This document shows, piece by piece, positions 43,324 to 52,503 of a stretch of DNA of 64,000 nucleotides (the first letter of the stretch is position 1; each line of letters opens with the position of its first letter). Origin of the DNA: Clostridia bacterium. GTDB lineage: Bacteria; Bacillota; Clostridia; Christensenellales; UBA1242. The notes under the pieces are model-generated. The model was not told the DNA's origin and ran no database searches. It was given only the letters and a program-made list of their open reading frames with translations. The DNA is taken from assembly GCA_045597505.1 (NCBI GenBank), contig JAZLKE010000030.1, positions 2,042 to 66,041 of the forward strand, given 5' to 3'. Both the position numbers and the translations under genes were made by a program.

Positions 43324-44172
43324 ATGTCAGTAATTTCAATGAAACAACTTTTGGAGTCGGGAACTCATTTCGGACATCAAGTCAGCAAATGGAACCCGAA
43401 AATGAAGAAATACATCTTCACAGCACGCAACAATGTCCATATTTTGGACTTGGAACAAACTACGGTGTTAATTGACCGTGCTTATGAGTTCTTGCGTGAT
43501 CAAGTCGCCAAAGGAAAGAACGTTCTTTTCGTTGGTACTAAAAAACAGGCTGAAGAAGCAATTAAAACCGAAGCAGAACGCTGTGGTGCATACTATGTCA
43601 ATAGTCGTTTCTTGGGTGGTACTTTAACCAACTTCGCGACCATTCGTAGCCGTGTTGAACGTATGAATAAATTACACAACATGGAAAAAATGGGCGAATT
43701 TGCTTATTTACCAAAAAAAGAAGTCGCTAAATTGATGGACGAACGTGAAAAGTTGGAAAAGAACTTACGCGGTATCGCTGAAATGACTTCTTTGCCAGGC
43801 GTTTTGGTTGTTGTTGATTCCAAGAAAGAACACATCGCTGTTGGCGAAGCACGCAAATTGGGAATTCCAGTAATTGGTATTATTGATACCAACTGTGACC
43901 CAGACGACGTCGATGTAATTATCCCAGCAAATGATGATGCAACCCGCAGTGTAAGTTTGATTTTGGCTGCTTTGGCTGATGCTGTAATTGAAGCCAAAGA
44001 AGGTGTTGAATTGCGTTCAACCGCCAGCGAAAAAGAAACCGTTTCTATGGCAGCTGCAATTAAATCTAAAGCTGTTTTGGAACCAGTAGAAAACAAAGAA
44101 GATGATGGTGTTGTTGCTGAAAAACCAGTAAAAACTACAAAAACTGCAAAAAATGTAAATGGAGATAAATAA
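43324..44172 (+). CDS. rpsB: 30S ribosomal protein S2
   Basis: [23 protein letters not shown]-terminus. Acidic/Lys-rich C-terminal extension. Confidence 0.95.
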   Translation: MSVISMKQLLESGTHFGHQVSKWNPKMKKYIFTARNNVHILDLEQTTVLIDRAYEFLRDQVAKGKNVLFVGTKKQAEEAIKTEAERCGAYYVNSRFLGGTLTNFATIRSRVERMNKLHNMEKMGEFAYLPKKEVAKLMDEREKLEKNLRGIAEMTSLPGVLVVVDSKKEHIAVGEARKLGIPVIGIIDTNCDPDDVDVIIPANDDATRSVSLILAALADAVIEAKEGVELRSTASEKETVSMAAAIKSKAVLEPVENKEDDGVVAEKPVKTTKTAKNVNGDK

Positions 44173-44174
44173 TC

Positions 44175-44822
44175 ATGAGTGATATTATGAAATTAAAAGA
44201 AGCAACTGGGGCAGGCGTCTTGGATTGCAAAAAAGCTTTGGACGAAACCAAAGGTGATTATGATAAAGCAGTAGCTTTGTTGCGTGAAAAAGGTAAAGCC
44301 AAAGCTTTGAAAAAAGGTAACAGCGATCGTATTACTGCGGAAGGTGTAGTTGGCTCTTACATTCACATGGGTGGTAAAATCGGTGTTTTGGTTGAAATCA
44401 ACTGTGAAACCGATTTTGCACAAAAGAGTGAAAAATTTAACCAATTGGTAAAAGATGTTGCGATGCACATTGCCGCAGCTAATCCAAAGTATGTTAATTC
44501 AAGCGAAGTTCCAGCCGAAGTTTTGGAACATGAAAAAGAAATTTTGAAAAAACAAGCAATGGAAGAAGGCAAACCAGTTGCAATCGCTGAAAGAATGGTT
44601 GAAGGTCGTATCAAGAAATACTATGAAGATTACTGCTTGATGAACCAACCATTTGTTAAAGACGGTTCAAAAACTATTTCTGATATTGTTAACGAAACCG
44701 TGGCTTTCGTTGGTGAAAAAATTACAATTCGTCGTTTCGTTCGTTATGAAATGGGCGAAGGTATTGAAAAACCAAAGGAAGACTTTGCGGCTGAAGTTTC
44801 TAAAACTATTTCAGCCAAATAA
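44175..44822 (+). CDS. tsf: Elongation factor Ts (short form)
   Basis: UBA-like N-terminus LKEATGAGVLDCKKALDETKGDYDKAVALLREKG, IGVLVEINCETDF core. Confidence 0.9.
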   Translation: MSDIMKLKEATGAGVLDCKKALDETKGDYDKAVALLREKGKAKALKKGNSDRITAEGVVGSYIHMGGKIGVLVEINCETDFAQKSEKFNQLVKDVAMHIAAANPKYVNSSEVPAEVLEHEKEILKKQAMEEGKPVAIAERMVEGRIKKYYEDYCLMNQPFVKDGSKTISDIVNETVAFVGEKITIRRFVRYEMGEGIEKPKEDFAAEVSKTISAK

Positions 44823-44834
44823 TAAGGGGGATTT

Positions 44835-45410
44835 ATGGATTATCTTAACGAAAAACTTAATGAATTGTTGATTAACTACGAGGAAAAATTAAGTAAACGC
44901 TTTGATTATCTGAAAAATGAATTTATCGCGGTGCGTGCTGGACGTGTGGACACTCGCATTGTTGAACGCGTCGCGGTTGATTATTTTGGTACGATGACGC
45001 CGATTAAAAATTTAGCTAATATTTCTTGCACTGATGCTCGTACAATCGTGGTTAATCCATGGGATGGTTCTGTGTTAGCAACAATGGTTAAGGCTTTGGC
45101 GGCGGCAAATTTGGGTACTACGCCAGTTGATGATGGTCGTATTATCCGTTTAGTTTTCCCGCAATTAACTGCGGAAACCCGTAAAGACTTGGTTAAAAAA
45201 GTGCATAAATTGGCGGAGGATACGCGTGTTGGTATGCGTAACGAACGCCGTGATGCGATGGACCAATTGAAGAAAATTGGCAACACTGATAAATTAAGTG
45301 AAGACGATGTTAAAAACGTCGAACATGACATTCAAAAAATGTTAGATGATTATATCGGTAATGTTGATGCTTCGTTGGCTCAAAAAGAAAAAGATATTAT
45401 GACAATCTAA
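44835..45410 (+). CDS. frr: Ribosome recycling factor
   Basis: FIAVRAGRVDTRIVERVAVDYFG..., IRLVFPQLTAETRKDLVK, EDTRVGMRNERRDA. Confidence 0.95.
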   Translation: MDYLNEKLNELLINYEEKLSKRFDYLKNEFIAVRAGRVDTRIVERVAVDYFGTMTPIKNLANISCTDARTIVVNPWDGSVLATMVKALAAANLGTTPVDDGRIIRLVFPQLTAETRKDLVKKVHKLAEDTRVGMRNERRDAMDQLKKIGNTDKLSEDDVKNVEHDIQKMLDDYIGNVDASLAQKEKDIMTI

Positions 45411-45434
45411 CTTATAGACATTGCCATAAACTTG

Positions 45435-45450
45435 TGTTATTATTTTTAAT
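45435..45450 (+). promoter_or_regulatory. Predicted extended -10 promoter of cdsA (leaderless)
   Basis: TGtTATTAT (45435..45443), 7 nt, ATG 45451. No SD. Confidence 0.45.
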
Positions 45451-46404
45451 ATGGTTATATCTGAATTTGGTAAAAGATCATTGACTGCGTTAGTTCTGAT
45501 TGCGGCAATTGCAGGTTTTCTTGTTATGCGTGCGTTTGCTGGAGCCTTTGGTATGTACGCATTTGATGTTTTAATTTTGTTGGTACTGGGTGTTGCTACC
45601 TGGGAAATTTGTAGTGCTTGTAAATTAAATCGTCGTGGCGCAAATGCAATTGTTGCGTTAATCGTTGATGGCTTGATTTACATGTTTTACGTGATTGGTA
45701 ATCAAGTTTTGAAAGAACCTTTGGCTTGGTGGTTACAGTTGATTGTTACTTTATTGCTTGTTGGCATTTTCGTTTTATTTATTGGTTTGTCCAATATGAT
45801 TGATAAAAAATTTGCCAAAGAGTGTGTTTTGCAAAAAAAGAACTTGAACAAAGAAGCATGGTTGGGTGCGGTTGATTTACTTTATATGTTGTTTTATCCT
45901 GGCGCGTTCTTTGCTTGTGCAATTTTATTGAATCATGTTACCAGTGGTGACCTTGGTTTGTTCGGTTTGTTATTGGTCTTTTTCAGTTCATGCTTTACCG
46001 ATATTTTTGCTTATATTACAGGTAAATTATTGGGTAAAGGCGCAGCCAAAATGGCACCAAAAATTAGCCCGAAAAAAACTTGGGTTGGTTTTGTTGGCGG
46101 TGTGTTTGGTGGGGTTTTAGGTGCTTTGATTGCCGTATGGATTATTAGTACGAACAATAATGTCAGCAATCGTTTGGTTGATTTGACTGGTGATGCATAT
46201 TTGGCGCAGTTTATGTTCTTTGCGGTTGGTATTGCCAGTGCGGTTTTGACGACTTTGGGTGATTTATATGCCAGCCATGTTAAACGTAAAGCTGGAATTA
46301 AAGACTTCGGTTATTTGTTACCTGGACACGGTGGTGTGATGGATCGTGTTGATGGTATTATCTTTAATGTGCCATTCATATTGTTAATAATGGGGATAAT
46401 ATAA
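45451..46404 (+). CDS. cdsA: Phosphatidate cytidylyltransferase
   Basis: Multi-TM protein with the C-terminal CDS signature SHVKRKAGIKDFGYLLPGHGGVMDRVDG. Confidence 0.9.
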   Translation: MVISEFGKRSLTALVLIAAIAGFLVMRAFAGAFGMYAFDVLILLVLGVATWEICSACKLNRRGANAIVALIVDGLIYMFYVIGNQVLKEPLAWWLQLIVTLLLVGIFVLFIGLSNMIDKKFAKECVLQKKNLNKEAWLGAVDLLYMLFYPGAFFACAILLNHVTSGDLGLFGLLLVFFSSCFTDIFAYITGKLLGKGAAKMAPKISPKKTWVGFVGGVFGGVLGALIAVWIISTNNNVSNRLVDLTGDAYLAQFMFFAVGIASAVLTTLGDLYASHVKRKAGIKDFGYLLPGHGGVMDRVDGIIFNVPFILLIMGII

Positions 46405-46407
46405 TCA

Positions 46408-47628
46408 ATGTCGCAAATTTGGAGTTTTTTGCAAACTGTCGGTTATTTAGCATTGGCAATTTTTTTGCTGATGTTAATGATTACAATTCATGAATTCGGA
46501 CATTACATTACCGCCAAAATTTTGAAATTCAAAATTTACGAATTTTCAATTGGTATGGGAAAAGCCATCTATAAAAAGACTAAAAAGAATAGTGAAATTT
46601 TTGCTGTCCGTATGATTCCAGTCGGTGGTTATTGTTCGTTTGGTGAAGATAATACCGATATGCCAGATACTGACCCCAATTCTTTTAATAATAAAGAGCC
46701 GTGGAAACGTTTGATTGTTTTATTTGCGGGGGCTTTTTTTAATTTTTTGTCTGCAATAATATTTGCCGTCGTGTTGTTATCGTTGATGGGTTACAGTCGT
46801 GTAGTCAATGTGGGTACGACATTCATGAATAAAGACCATGAAACTGATGCTAACGCACCAGAAACTATTACGTTGGCGGAAATTTTGAACATGGGTGATG
46901 GCGCTGTATATGCCGATGAAAATGCGCAGCCGTTTACTTTTGTTTATGAAGATGGTCAAAAAATGTTAATTGAAACTGTTAATGGTCAACAGATGAATTT
47001 GTTTACATTTACTTCAAATATTTTGGAAAGTACACATTTTGGTGATGATGTTGCAATGGTGGTTACTTGGAAAAATTCCGATGATGTCGTAGTTACAAAA
47101 AATGTAATTTTGAAAAATATTTCGCAACGCCAATGGCAAGCATTATGTAATGCGCAAGCGACTTTGCCTTTGACCGACGGTATTTACCACAACGTTGGCG
47201 GAGCAATCTTGAAAGCGGTACCGTTTTCGTTTGAGATTGCGGGAATGATTTTCAAGATTTTTGGGCAATTGATTACAGGACAATTAGGTATGAATTCGAT
47301 TGGTGGGACGGTGGCGACCGTTTCGGTAATGGGCAGTTCAATTGGACAAGCCATTTCCAGCTCTTCGGCGGACATCGTGTTTGCACAGATTTTTTATTTG
47401 CTGACTTTGATTAGTATCAATTTAGCGGTGTTTAACTGGTTGCCGATTCCGTCTTTGGACGGCGCGCGCATGGTGTTTGTGATTATCGAATGGATTCGTG
47501 GAAAACCAATCAATCGTGAATTGGAGGCTAAAATTCATACGATTGGTATCATCTGTCTATTGGGCTTTGTAGTGTTCGCCGATGTGTTCTGGGTAATCAA
47601 CAATTTGTCGTTACATTTCTTGTTGTAA
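46408..47628 (+). CDS. rseP: Site-2 (M50) intramembrane zinc metalloprotease RseP/RasP
   Basis: HEFGHYITAK zinc motif, and a second motif NLAVFNWLPIPSLDGARM. The central PDZ-like region is divergent. Confidence 0.85.
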   Translation: MSQIWSFLQTVGYLALAIFLLMLMITIHEFGHYITAKILKFKIYEFSIGMGKAIYKKTKKNSEIFAVRMIPVGGYCSFGEDNTDMPDTDPNSFNNKEPWKRLIVLFAGAFFNFLSAIIFAVVLLSLMGYSRVVNVGTTFMNKDHETDANAPETITLAEILNMGDGAVYADENAQPFTFVYEDGQKMLIETVNGQQMNLFTFTSNILESTHFGDDVAMVVTWKNSDDVVVTKNVILKNISQRQWQALCNAQATLPLTDGIYHNVGGAILKAVPFSFEIAGMIFKIFGQLITGQLGMNSIGGTVATVSVMGSSIGQAISSSSADIVFAQIFYLLTLISINLAVFNWLPIPSLDGARMVFVIIEWIRGKPINRELEAKIHTIGIICLLGFVVFADVFWVINNLSLHFLL

Positions 47629-47639
47629 GGTGGTGTGCG

Positions 47640-48116
47640 ATGATGAAGAACATTGAAGAGTATTTGTACTATCATGAAAACCGTGATTATATCAATTTGA
47701 AATTTTTATCTTGTACTTATCATCAAGCAAAACGACATTTACGTGTGCGCTATCTTTACAATGCCGAAATTGAAGAATATTTACCGACGTTGCAAAAGCG
47801 TTTAGAAGAATTGTTTATCCGTCAAGTTGGTTTGCCGTTGAAATATGAATTTGTTTACGAAAAAGTTTTTTGTGATGCGTTGAGTTTGAAGTTGAAAATT
47901 ATGGCTTTTTTACGTCAAAAATATGGTGCGATGTCAAAGGCGACCAATGACGACAGTGTTGTTGTTAATTTGAATGAACATACTTGGCAAATTCAAATGA
48001 ACTTGCCCGCAAATTTAATTGAGTTTTTGCATAACAGTATCCAGTGGCAAAATTTCCAACAAGACTTGCGCGACCATGATTTTTTTGATTATGAATTTTC
48101 GTATCATGCAATTTAG
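47640..48116 (+). CDS. Hypothetical protein (158 aa)
   Basis: ORF behind SD AAGGTGG. No recognisable motif. 3' end overlaps the convergent sigma-factor gene by 4 nt. Confidence 0.45.
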   Translation: MMKNIEEYLYYHENRDYINLKFLSCTYHQAKRHLRVRYLYNAEIEEYLPTLQKRLEELFIRQVGLPLKYEFVYEKVFCDALSLKLKIMAFLRQKYGAMSKATNDDSVVVNLNEHTWQIQMNLPANLIEFLHNSIQWQNFQQDLRDHDFFDYEFSYHAI

Positions 48117-48880
48117 AGATGTGGCTTGATATTGGCGAGTGCGTTTTTTTCAAGGCGGGAAACTTGGGCTTGGCTAATACCGATTTCGTTGCTGACTTCC
48201 ATTTGCGTTTTGCCGTCATAATAGCGCATTAGCAAGATGTCACGTTCTTTTTGGACCAAATTGTTAATTGCGTCGTGCATCGCTTTATAGCCTAACCAAT
48301 CGTCGCTGGTGGTGCCTGTTTCCGCCAATTGTTCAACCATCGTAGTTGCATCGGTGGAACTTTCGCCTAACGGTTCATCAAGTGAAGCTACGTTGCCAGT
48401 CGCCGCCAAAGCAAAGTAAACATTGGATAATGAAATCCCCAATTTGTCGGCAACTTCTTCCATGCTGACTTCGCGGTTAAGTTCCTTACTCATTTGTTCG
48501 GCGGTTTGTAACGCGTGGTAAGCGGTGTCGCGAATGCTGCGGGAAACATGAATTCCGTTTTCATCGCGTAAGTAGCGTCGAATTTCGCCAATAATCATTG
48601 GCACAGCATAGGTGGAAAATTTAACATTGAATGCTGGATTAAAATTATCAATGGCTTTAATCAAACCAACGCAACCGACTTGAAATAAATCATCATAGTT
48701 ATTTTTGGCGTGAATGTATTTTTGAATTACGGATAGAACTAAACGCATGTTGGCAAAAATAAATTCTTGACGAGCGGTAGCATCGTGGTGGCGAATTCGG
48801 TTCAACATTTCTATGGTTTGAGCATTAGAAAGTTTTGGCAGACTGCCAGTGTCGATACCCACGATGTCGACTTTCTTCAT
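48113..48880 (-). CDS. Sigma-70 family RNA polymerase sigma factor, sporulation-type (SigF/SigG/SigE-like)
   Basis: Region 2 DLFQVGCVGLIKAIDNFNP..FSTYAVPMIIGEIRRYLRD, and region 4 ERDILLMRYYDGKTQMEVSNEIGISQAQVSRLEKNAL. The pattern is closest to forespore/mother-cell sigmas. From memory only. Confidence 0.8.
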   Translation of the reverse strand: MKKVDIVGIDTGSLPKLSNAQTIEMLNRIRHHDATARQEFIFANMRLVLSVIQKYIHAKNNYDDLFQVGCVGLIKAIDNFNPAFNVKFSTYAVPMIIGEIRRYLRDENGIHVSRSIRDTAYHALQTAEQMSKELNREVSMEEVADKLGISLSNVYFALAATGNVASLDEPLGESSTDATTMVEQLAETGTTSDDWLGYKAMHDAINNLVQKERDILLMRYYDGKTQMEVSNEIGISQAQVSRLEKNALANIKPHL

Positions 48881-48943
48881 AATATTGATTTTTCACATTT
48901 GCAGATAAAATTATTCTCAATCTTGCGGGGAAGTATCATATAT

Positions 48944-49270
48944 ATGATTGTGGGTGTGGAAGTTTCGTTTTGCGAGCTGCGCACAAAGATGGTTATCAAT
49001 GTCGTAGATGGAAAAGCCTTGGGTAGAATCGCCGACATAATCTTTTCGCGCGAAAATTCCAAAATTATTGGCGTGATTGTGCCTGGAGATAAAGCGTTCC
49101 ATCTTTTTGGTCGCAAAAATGAGTTATTTATTCCGTATGACCGAATCATGCGGATTGGTTTAGATGCGGTTTTGGTGGAGTTGCGTCCGATGAGTGCATA
49201 TCACACGGATTGTAATGTGGAAATTTCGCCCAAAGAAAGTTGTCTGATGCCGCCGAAAGGTTGCTGTTAA
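48944..49270 (+). CDS. ylmC: YlmC/YmxH-family PRC-barrel protein
   Basis: The start was moved to ATG 48944. CELRTKMVINVVDGKALGRIADIIFSRENSKIIGVIVPG is the YlmC core. ~25 aa Cys-containing C-terminal extension. 3' end overlaps nifJ by 4 nt. Confidence 0.75.
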   Translation: MIVGVEVSFCELRTKMVINVVDGKALGRIADIIFSRENSKIIGVIVPGDKAFHLFGRKNELFIPYDRIMRIGLDAVLVELRPMSAYHTDCNVEISPKESCLMPPKGCC

Positions 49271-52200
49271 GATTTTTTGCGGAAGCGATTTTGGGTGGCT
49301 TTGAAGGCTTCGATGTCGCCAGTCGGCGCAGGTGAATCAATAACCACTTGTCCGTCTTTCGGGTGGCGGTGATAAAGCGTAGTGTAGCCACATTTTACCG
49401 CATCTGCCATAATTCCCATGCCGTTTGACATATCAATACCTTGGTTGATACATGTACACATTGCGATGACTAAGGATGGACCGTCGTATTCGGTAGCTTC
49501 TTTTAAGACTTTCAAAGTGTGTTCCATGTTGGCACCCATGGCAATTTGTGCGACATAAACATTCGGGTATTGCATCATCATAGCGCCAAGGTCTTTTTTG
49601 TCTGTCGATTTTCCGCCAGCCGCAAATTTAGCAACCGCACCTTTGGGAGTAGCTTTGCTGGCTTGTCCGCCAGTGTTGGAGTAAACTTCGGTATTCAAAA
49701 CTAAAATGTTAATATTTTCGCCCGAAGCCATGACGTGGTCTAAACCGCCGAAGCCGATATCATAAGCCCAGCCGTCGCCACCGATGACCCATACTACTTT
49801 ATCGGTTTCACCACGTAAGTTTAGGGCTTTACGTAGACCAAAACCAAATTCGGCGTTATCTTCAAACAAACTATTTGCCCAAGCAGGTCCGTGACCAGCA
49901 TTGTTTTTGGCGTATGGACAGGACGGGGAGCTGCCACCGTAAATTGATGAACAACCTGTCGCGTTGGCAATAACCATGCGGTCGCCGTAAAGTTGGGTCA
50001 ATAATTTGATATAAGGTGTTTCGCCACATCCGGCACAGGCACCCGAAAATTCAAACAAAGGACGGTTAAATTGGGCGAGTTTAACGTTGTTGGGAGTAAC
50101 TGGTGTTTCGGGTAAAGTCAAAGCGTGTTGATAGTTTTCGTCTTCGTGAACTTGGTCAAATGATTTCATGACTAAGGCTTTGTTGCGTGCGGGGCAGACT
50201 TTGGCGCAAGCACCACAACCCGTGCAATCGTGTGGTGAAATTTGAACGCGGTATTGGTAACCTTCGTAGCCCGGAACACCCAAGGCTTTAATAGTTTTGA
50301 AGCCTTCAGGTGTCGGTTGATTGGTTAAGACTGGACGAATGGTTGCATGTGGACAGACCATGGCGCAACGGTTACATTGAATACAGTTTTCTGGAATCCA
50401 ACATGGCAGGCTGGTTGCGATGTCGCGTTTTTCGTACTGTGTGGTCGCGGTTGGTGCGCTGCCGTCCGGAGTAAATGCCGAAACAGGTAATGTGTCGCCG
50501 TTCAAACTGTTGATTGTTTCAATCATGGTTGGCTTTTTGGTTTGTGTTTTTTCGTCTGCTATGGTTAATTTTTGAACATCAATTTTAATTAACGCTGTGT
50601 CCGCGCTGTCAACTGCACGGTTATTCATTTCGACCACAGCAGGACCTTTTTTGCCGTAACTTTTTTCGATGGCGGTTTTAAGCAAACCTTTAAGTTTTTG
50701 GTAATCAATCAGGTTGACCAATTTGAAAAACGCCGTTTGCATAATCGTGTTAATACGTGCGCCAAGCCCCAAATCTTTAGCGATTTGGTAAGCATTGATA
50801 ATATAGAAATTGATATGACGGTCAATAAGAACGCGTTTAACGTTGTTTGGTAAAATGTTGTTTATTTCTGTGGCGGGGTAGGTTGTATTCAATAAGAATG
50901 TGCCACCGTCTGTAATGCCGTTTAACATATCAAATTTGGTCAAGAAAGTTTGGTTATGGCAAGCAACAAAATCAGGGTGTGTGACCAAGTATGGCGCATG
51001 AATTGGTTGCTTGTCAAAACGCAAATGCGAAATAGTGGTACCGCCACTTTTTTTACTGTCGTAAACAAAGTAGGCTTGACTGTATAAGTCAGTATTATTG
51101 CCAATAATAGCGCAACTGTTTTTGTTGGCACCTACGGTACCGTCACTGCCCAAACCATAGAAACGACAACCGCCTTGTGGGTGTAAATCTGGACGTGGTG
51201 TTACTGTCAAAGATGTATGTGTTACGTCATCGTTAATACCAATTGTAAAGTGGTCTTTGGGTTGGGATAGATTTGCGTTTGCGTAAATGGCAGCCACCAT
51301 GTCGGGCGTAAATTCTTTACTGGATAAACCATAACGACCTGCCAAAATTCTTCTATCACGAATTACTGCGGCAACGTCCAAATACAGCGGGTCACCAACG
51401 GCGCCGTTTTCTTTGGTACGGTCAAGGACGGTTACAGTCTTAGCAGTTTGGGGTAAAACTTTCAACAAATGTTCCGCTGAAAATGGGCGGTAAAGTCGGA
51501 CTTTAATTAAACCGTATTTGCCATTTAATTTTGGTAAGGTTTCGGCAATGGTTTCACAAGCTGAACCCATGGCAATGATTACATGTTCGGCATCAGGGGC
51601 GCCAACATAGTCAAACAAATGATAAGCACGACCTGTGAGTTGGGCAAACTTGTTCATGTAATTAGTAACAATCGCGGGAATGGCGTTAATGTAAGGATTG
51701 GCAGCTTCACGGTGTTGGAAGAAAGTGTCCGAATTTTCTGCGGTGCCGTACATCTTTGGATTGTCGGGGTTCATGGCTCTGTTGCGGAATTGATTTAAGG
51801 CGTTTTTGTTTAGTAATTTTTCCGCAATACTGTTTTCGGGAACTTGAATTGAATTAAATTCGTGGCTGGTACGGAAGCCGTCAAAAAAGTGCATAAATGG
51901 GTAACTGGCTTCAATGGCTGCTAAATGGGCAATTAAAGACAAGTCGGCGTTTTCTTGGACTGAGTTGGAAGCCAGCATTGCAATACCAGTACCACGGCAG
52001 GCGTAGACATCACTGTGGTCACCAAAAATTGAAAGGGCATGAGTAGCAACAGTACGGGCTGCGACATGAACAACAGCCGGTAATAATTCGCCAACCATTT
52101 TATAAAGATTGGGTATCATAAGTAACAAACCTTGACTGGCGGTAAATGTGCTACCTAATGTGCCACCTAATAACAAACCGTGCAAAGTTCCCGCTGCACC

Positions 52201-52416
52201 AGCTTCGCTTTGCATTTCAATCACGGAAGGTACAGTACCTAAAATGTTGGTATTGCCTTTGTTTGACCATTGGTCACAATATTCCGCCATGTCTGAACTG
52301 GGGGTAATGGGATAAATTGAAGCGGCCTCGGTTAACATGTACGCGGTGCGGGCTGTGGCTTCGTTACCAGAAATGGTTTCAAAATTTTGTTTATTAACTG
52401 TTTGATTTTCACTCAT
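49267..52416 (-). CDS. nifJ: Pyruvate:ferredoxin (flavodoxin) oxidoreductase, single-chain
   Basis: ISGNEATARTAYMLTEAASIYPITPSS, ferredoxin domain CIQCNRCAMVCPH / CTGCGACAKVCP, TPP domain GACAGCGETPY and GGDGWAYDIGFGGLDH. Start taken at ATG 52416 (MSENQTV). Confidence 0.9.
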   Translation of the reverse strand: MSENQTVNKQNFETISGNEATARTAYMLTEAASIYPITPSSDMAEYCDQWSNKGNTNILGTVPSVIEMQSEAGAAGTLHGLLLGGTLGSTFTASQGLLLMIPNLYKMVGELLPAVVHVAARTVATHALSIFGDHSDVYACRGTGIAMLASNSVQENADLSLIAHLAAIEASYPFMHFFDGFRTSHEFNSIQVPENSIAEKLLNKNALNQFRNRAMNPDNPKMYGTAENSDTFFQHREAANPYINAIPAIVTNYMNKFAQLTGRAYHLFDYVGAPDAEHVIIAMGSACETIAETLPKLNGKYGLIKVRLYRPFSAEHLLKVLPQTAKTVTVLDRTKENGAVGDPLYLDVAAVIRDRRILAGRYGLSSKEFTPDMVAAIYANANLSQPKDHFTIGINDDVTHTSLTVTPRPDLHPQGGCRFYGLGSDGTVGANKNSCAIIGNNTDLYSQAYFVYDSKKSGGTTISHLRFDKQPIHAPYLVTHPDFVACHNQTFLTKFDMLNGITDGGTFLLNTTYPATEINNILPNNVKRVLIDRHINFYIINAYQIAKDLGLGARINTIMQTAFFKLVNLIDYQKLKGLLKTAIEKSYGKKGPAVVEMNNRAVDSADTALIKIDVQKLTIADEKTQTKKPTMIETINSLNGDTLPVSAFTPDGSAPTATTQYEKRDIATSLPCWIPENCIQCNRCAMVCPHATIRPVLTNQPTPEGFKTIKALGVPGYEGYQYRVQISPHDCTGCGACAKVCPARNKALVMKSFDQVHEDENYQHALTLPETPVTPNNVKLAQFNRPLFEFSGACAGCGETPYIKLLTQLYGDRMVIANATGCSSIYGGSSPSCPYAKNNAGHGPAWANSLFEDNAEFGFGLRKALNLRGETDKVVWVIGGDGWAYDIGFGGLDHVMASGENINILVLNTEVYSNTGGQASKATPKGAVAKFAAGGKSTDKKDLGAMMMQYPNVYVAQIAMGANMEHTLKVLKEATEYDGPSLVIAMCTCINQGIDMSNGMGIMADAVKCGYTTLYHRHPKDGQVVIDSPAPTGDIEAFKATQNRFRKKS

Positions 52417-52452
52417 AAGTTTTAGTTTATCACTGTTCAAAAAAATGGTCAA
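52417..52452 (-). promoter_or_regulatory. Predicted sigma-70 promoter of nifJ (leaderless)
   Basis: On the minus strand: TTGACC (52452..52447), 17 nt spacer ending in TGa, TAAACT (52429..52424), 7 nt, ATG (52416). No SD. Confidence 0.6.
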
Positions 52453-52503
52453 AAACATGCGCTCGATAAATACCAAATTTTGTTGTTTTGCATATATCTA
52501 ATT

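Noticed and set aside
47640-48116. Idea that the 158-aa ORF after rseP is a detached PolC N-terminal domain (polC normally lies downstream of rseP-proS)
   Set aside because: This rests only on a vague similarity in hydrophobic pattern and position. I could align no diagnostic motif, so it is kept as hypothetical.
48881-48943. SigF/SigG-type promoter (GnATA ... CATnnTA) upstream of ylmC
   Set aside because: The CATATAT string directly abuts the ATG, so a transcript from it would start inside the ORF. No properly spaced -35 was found.
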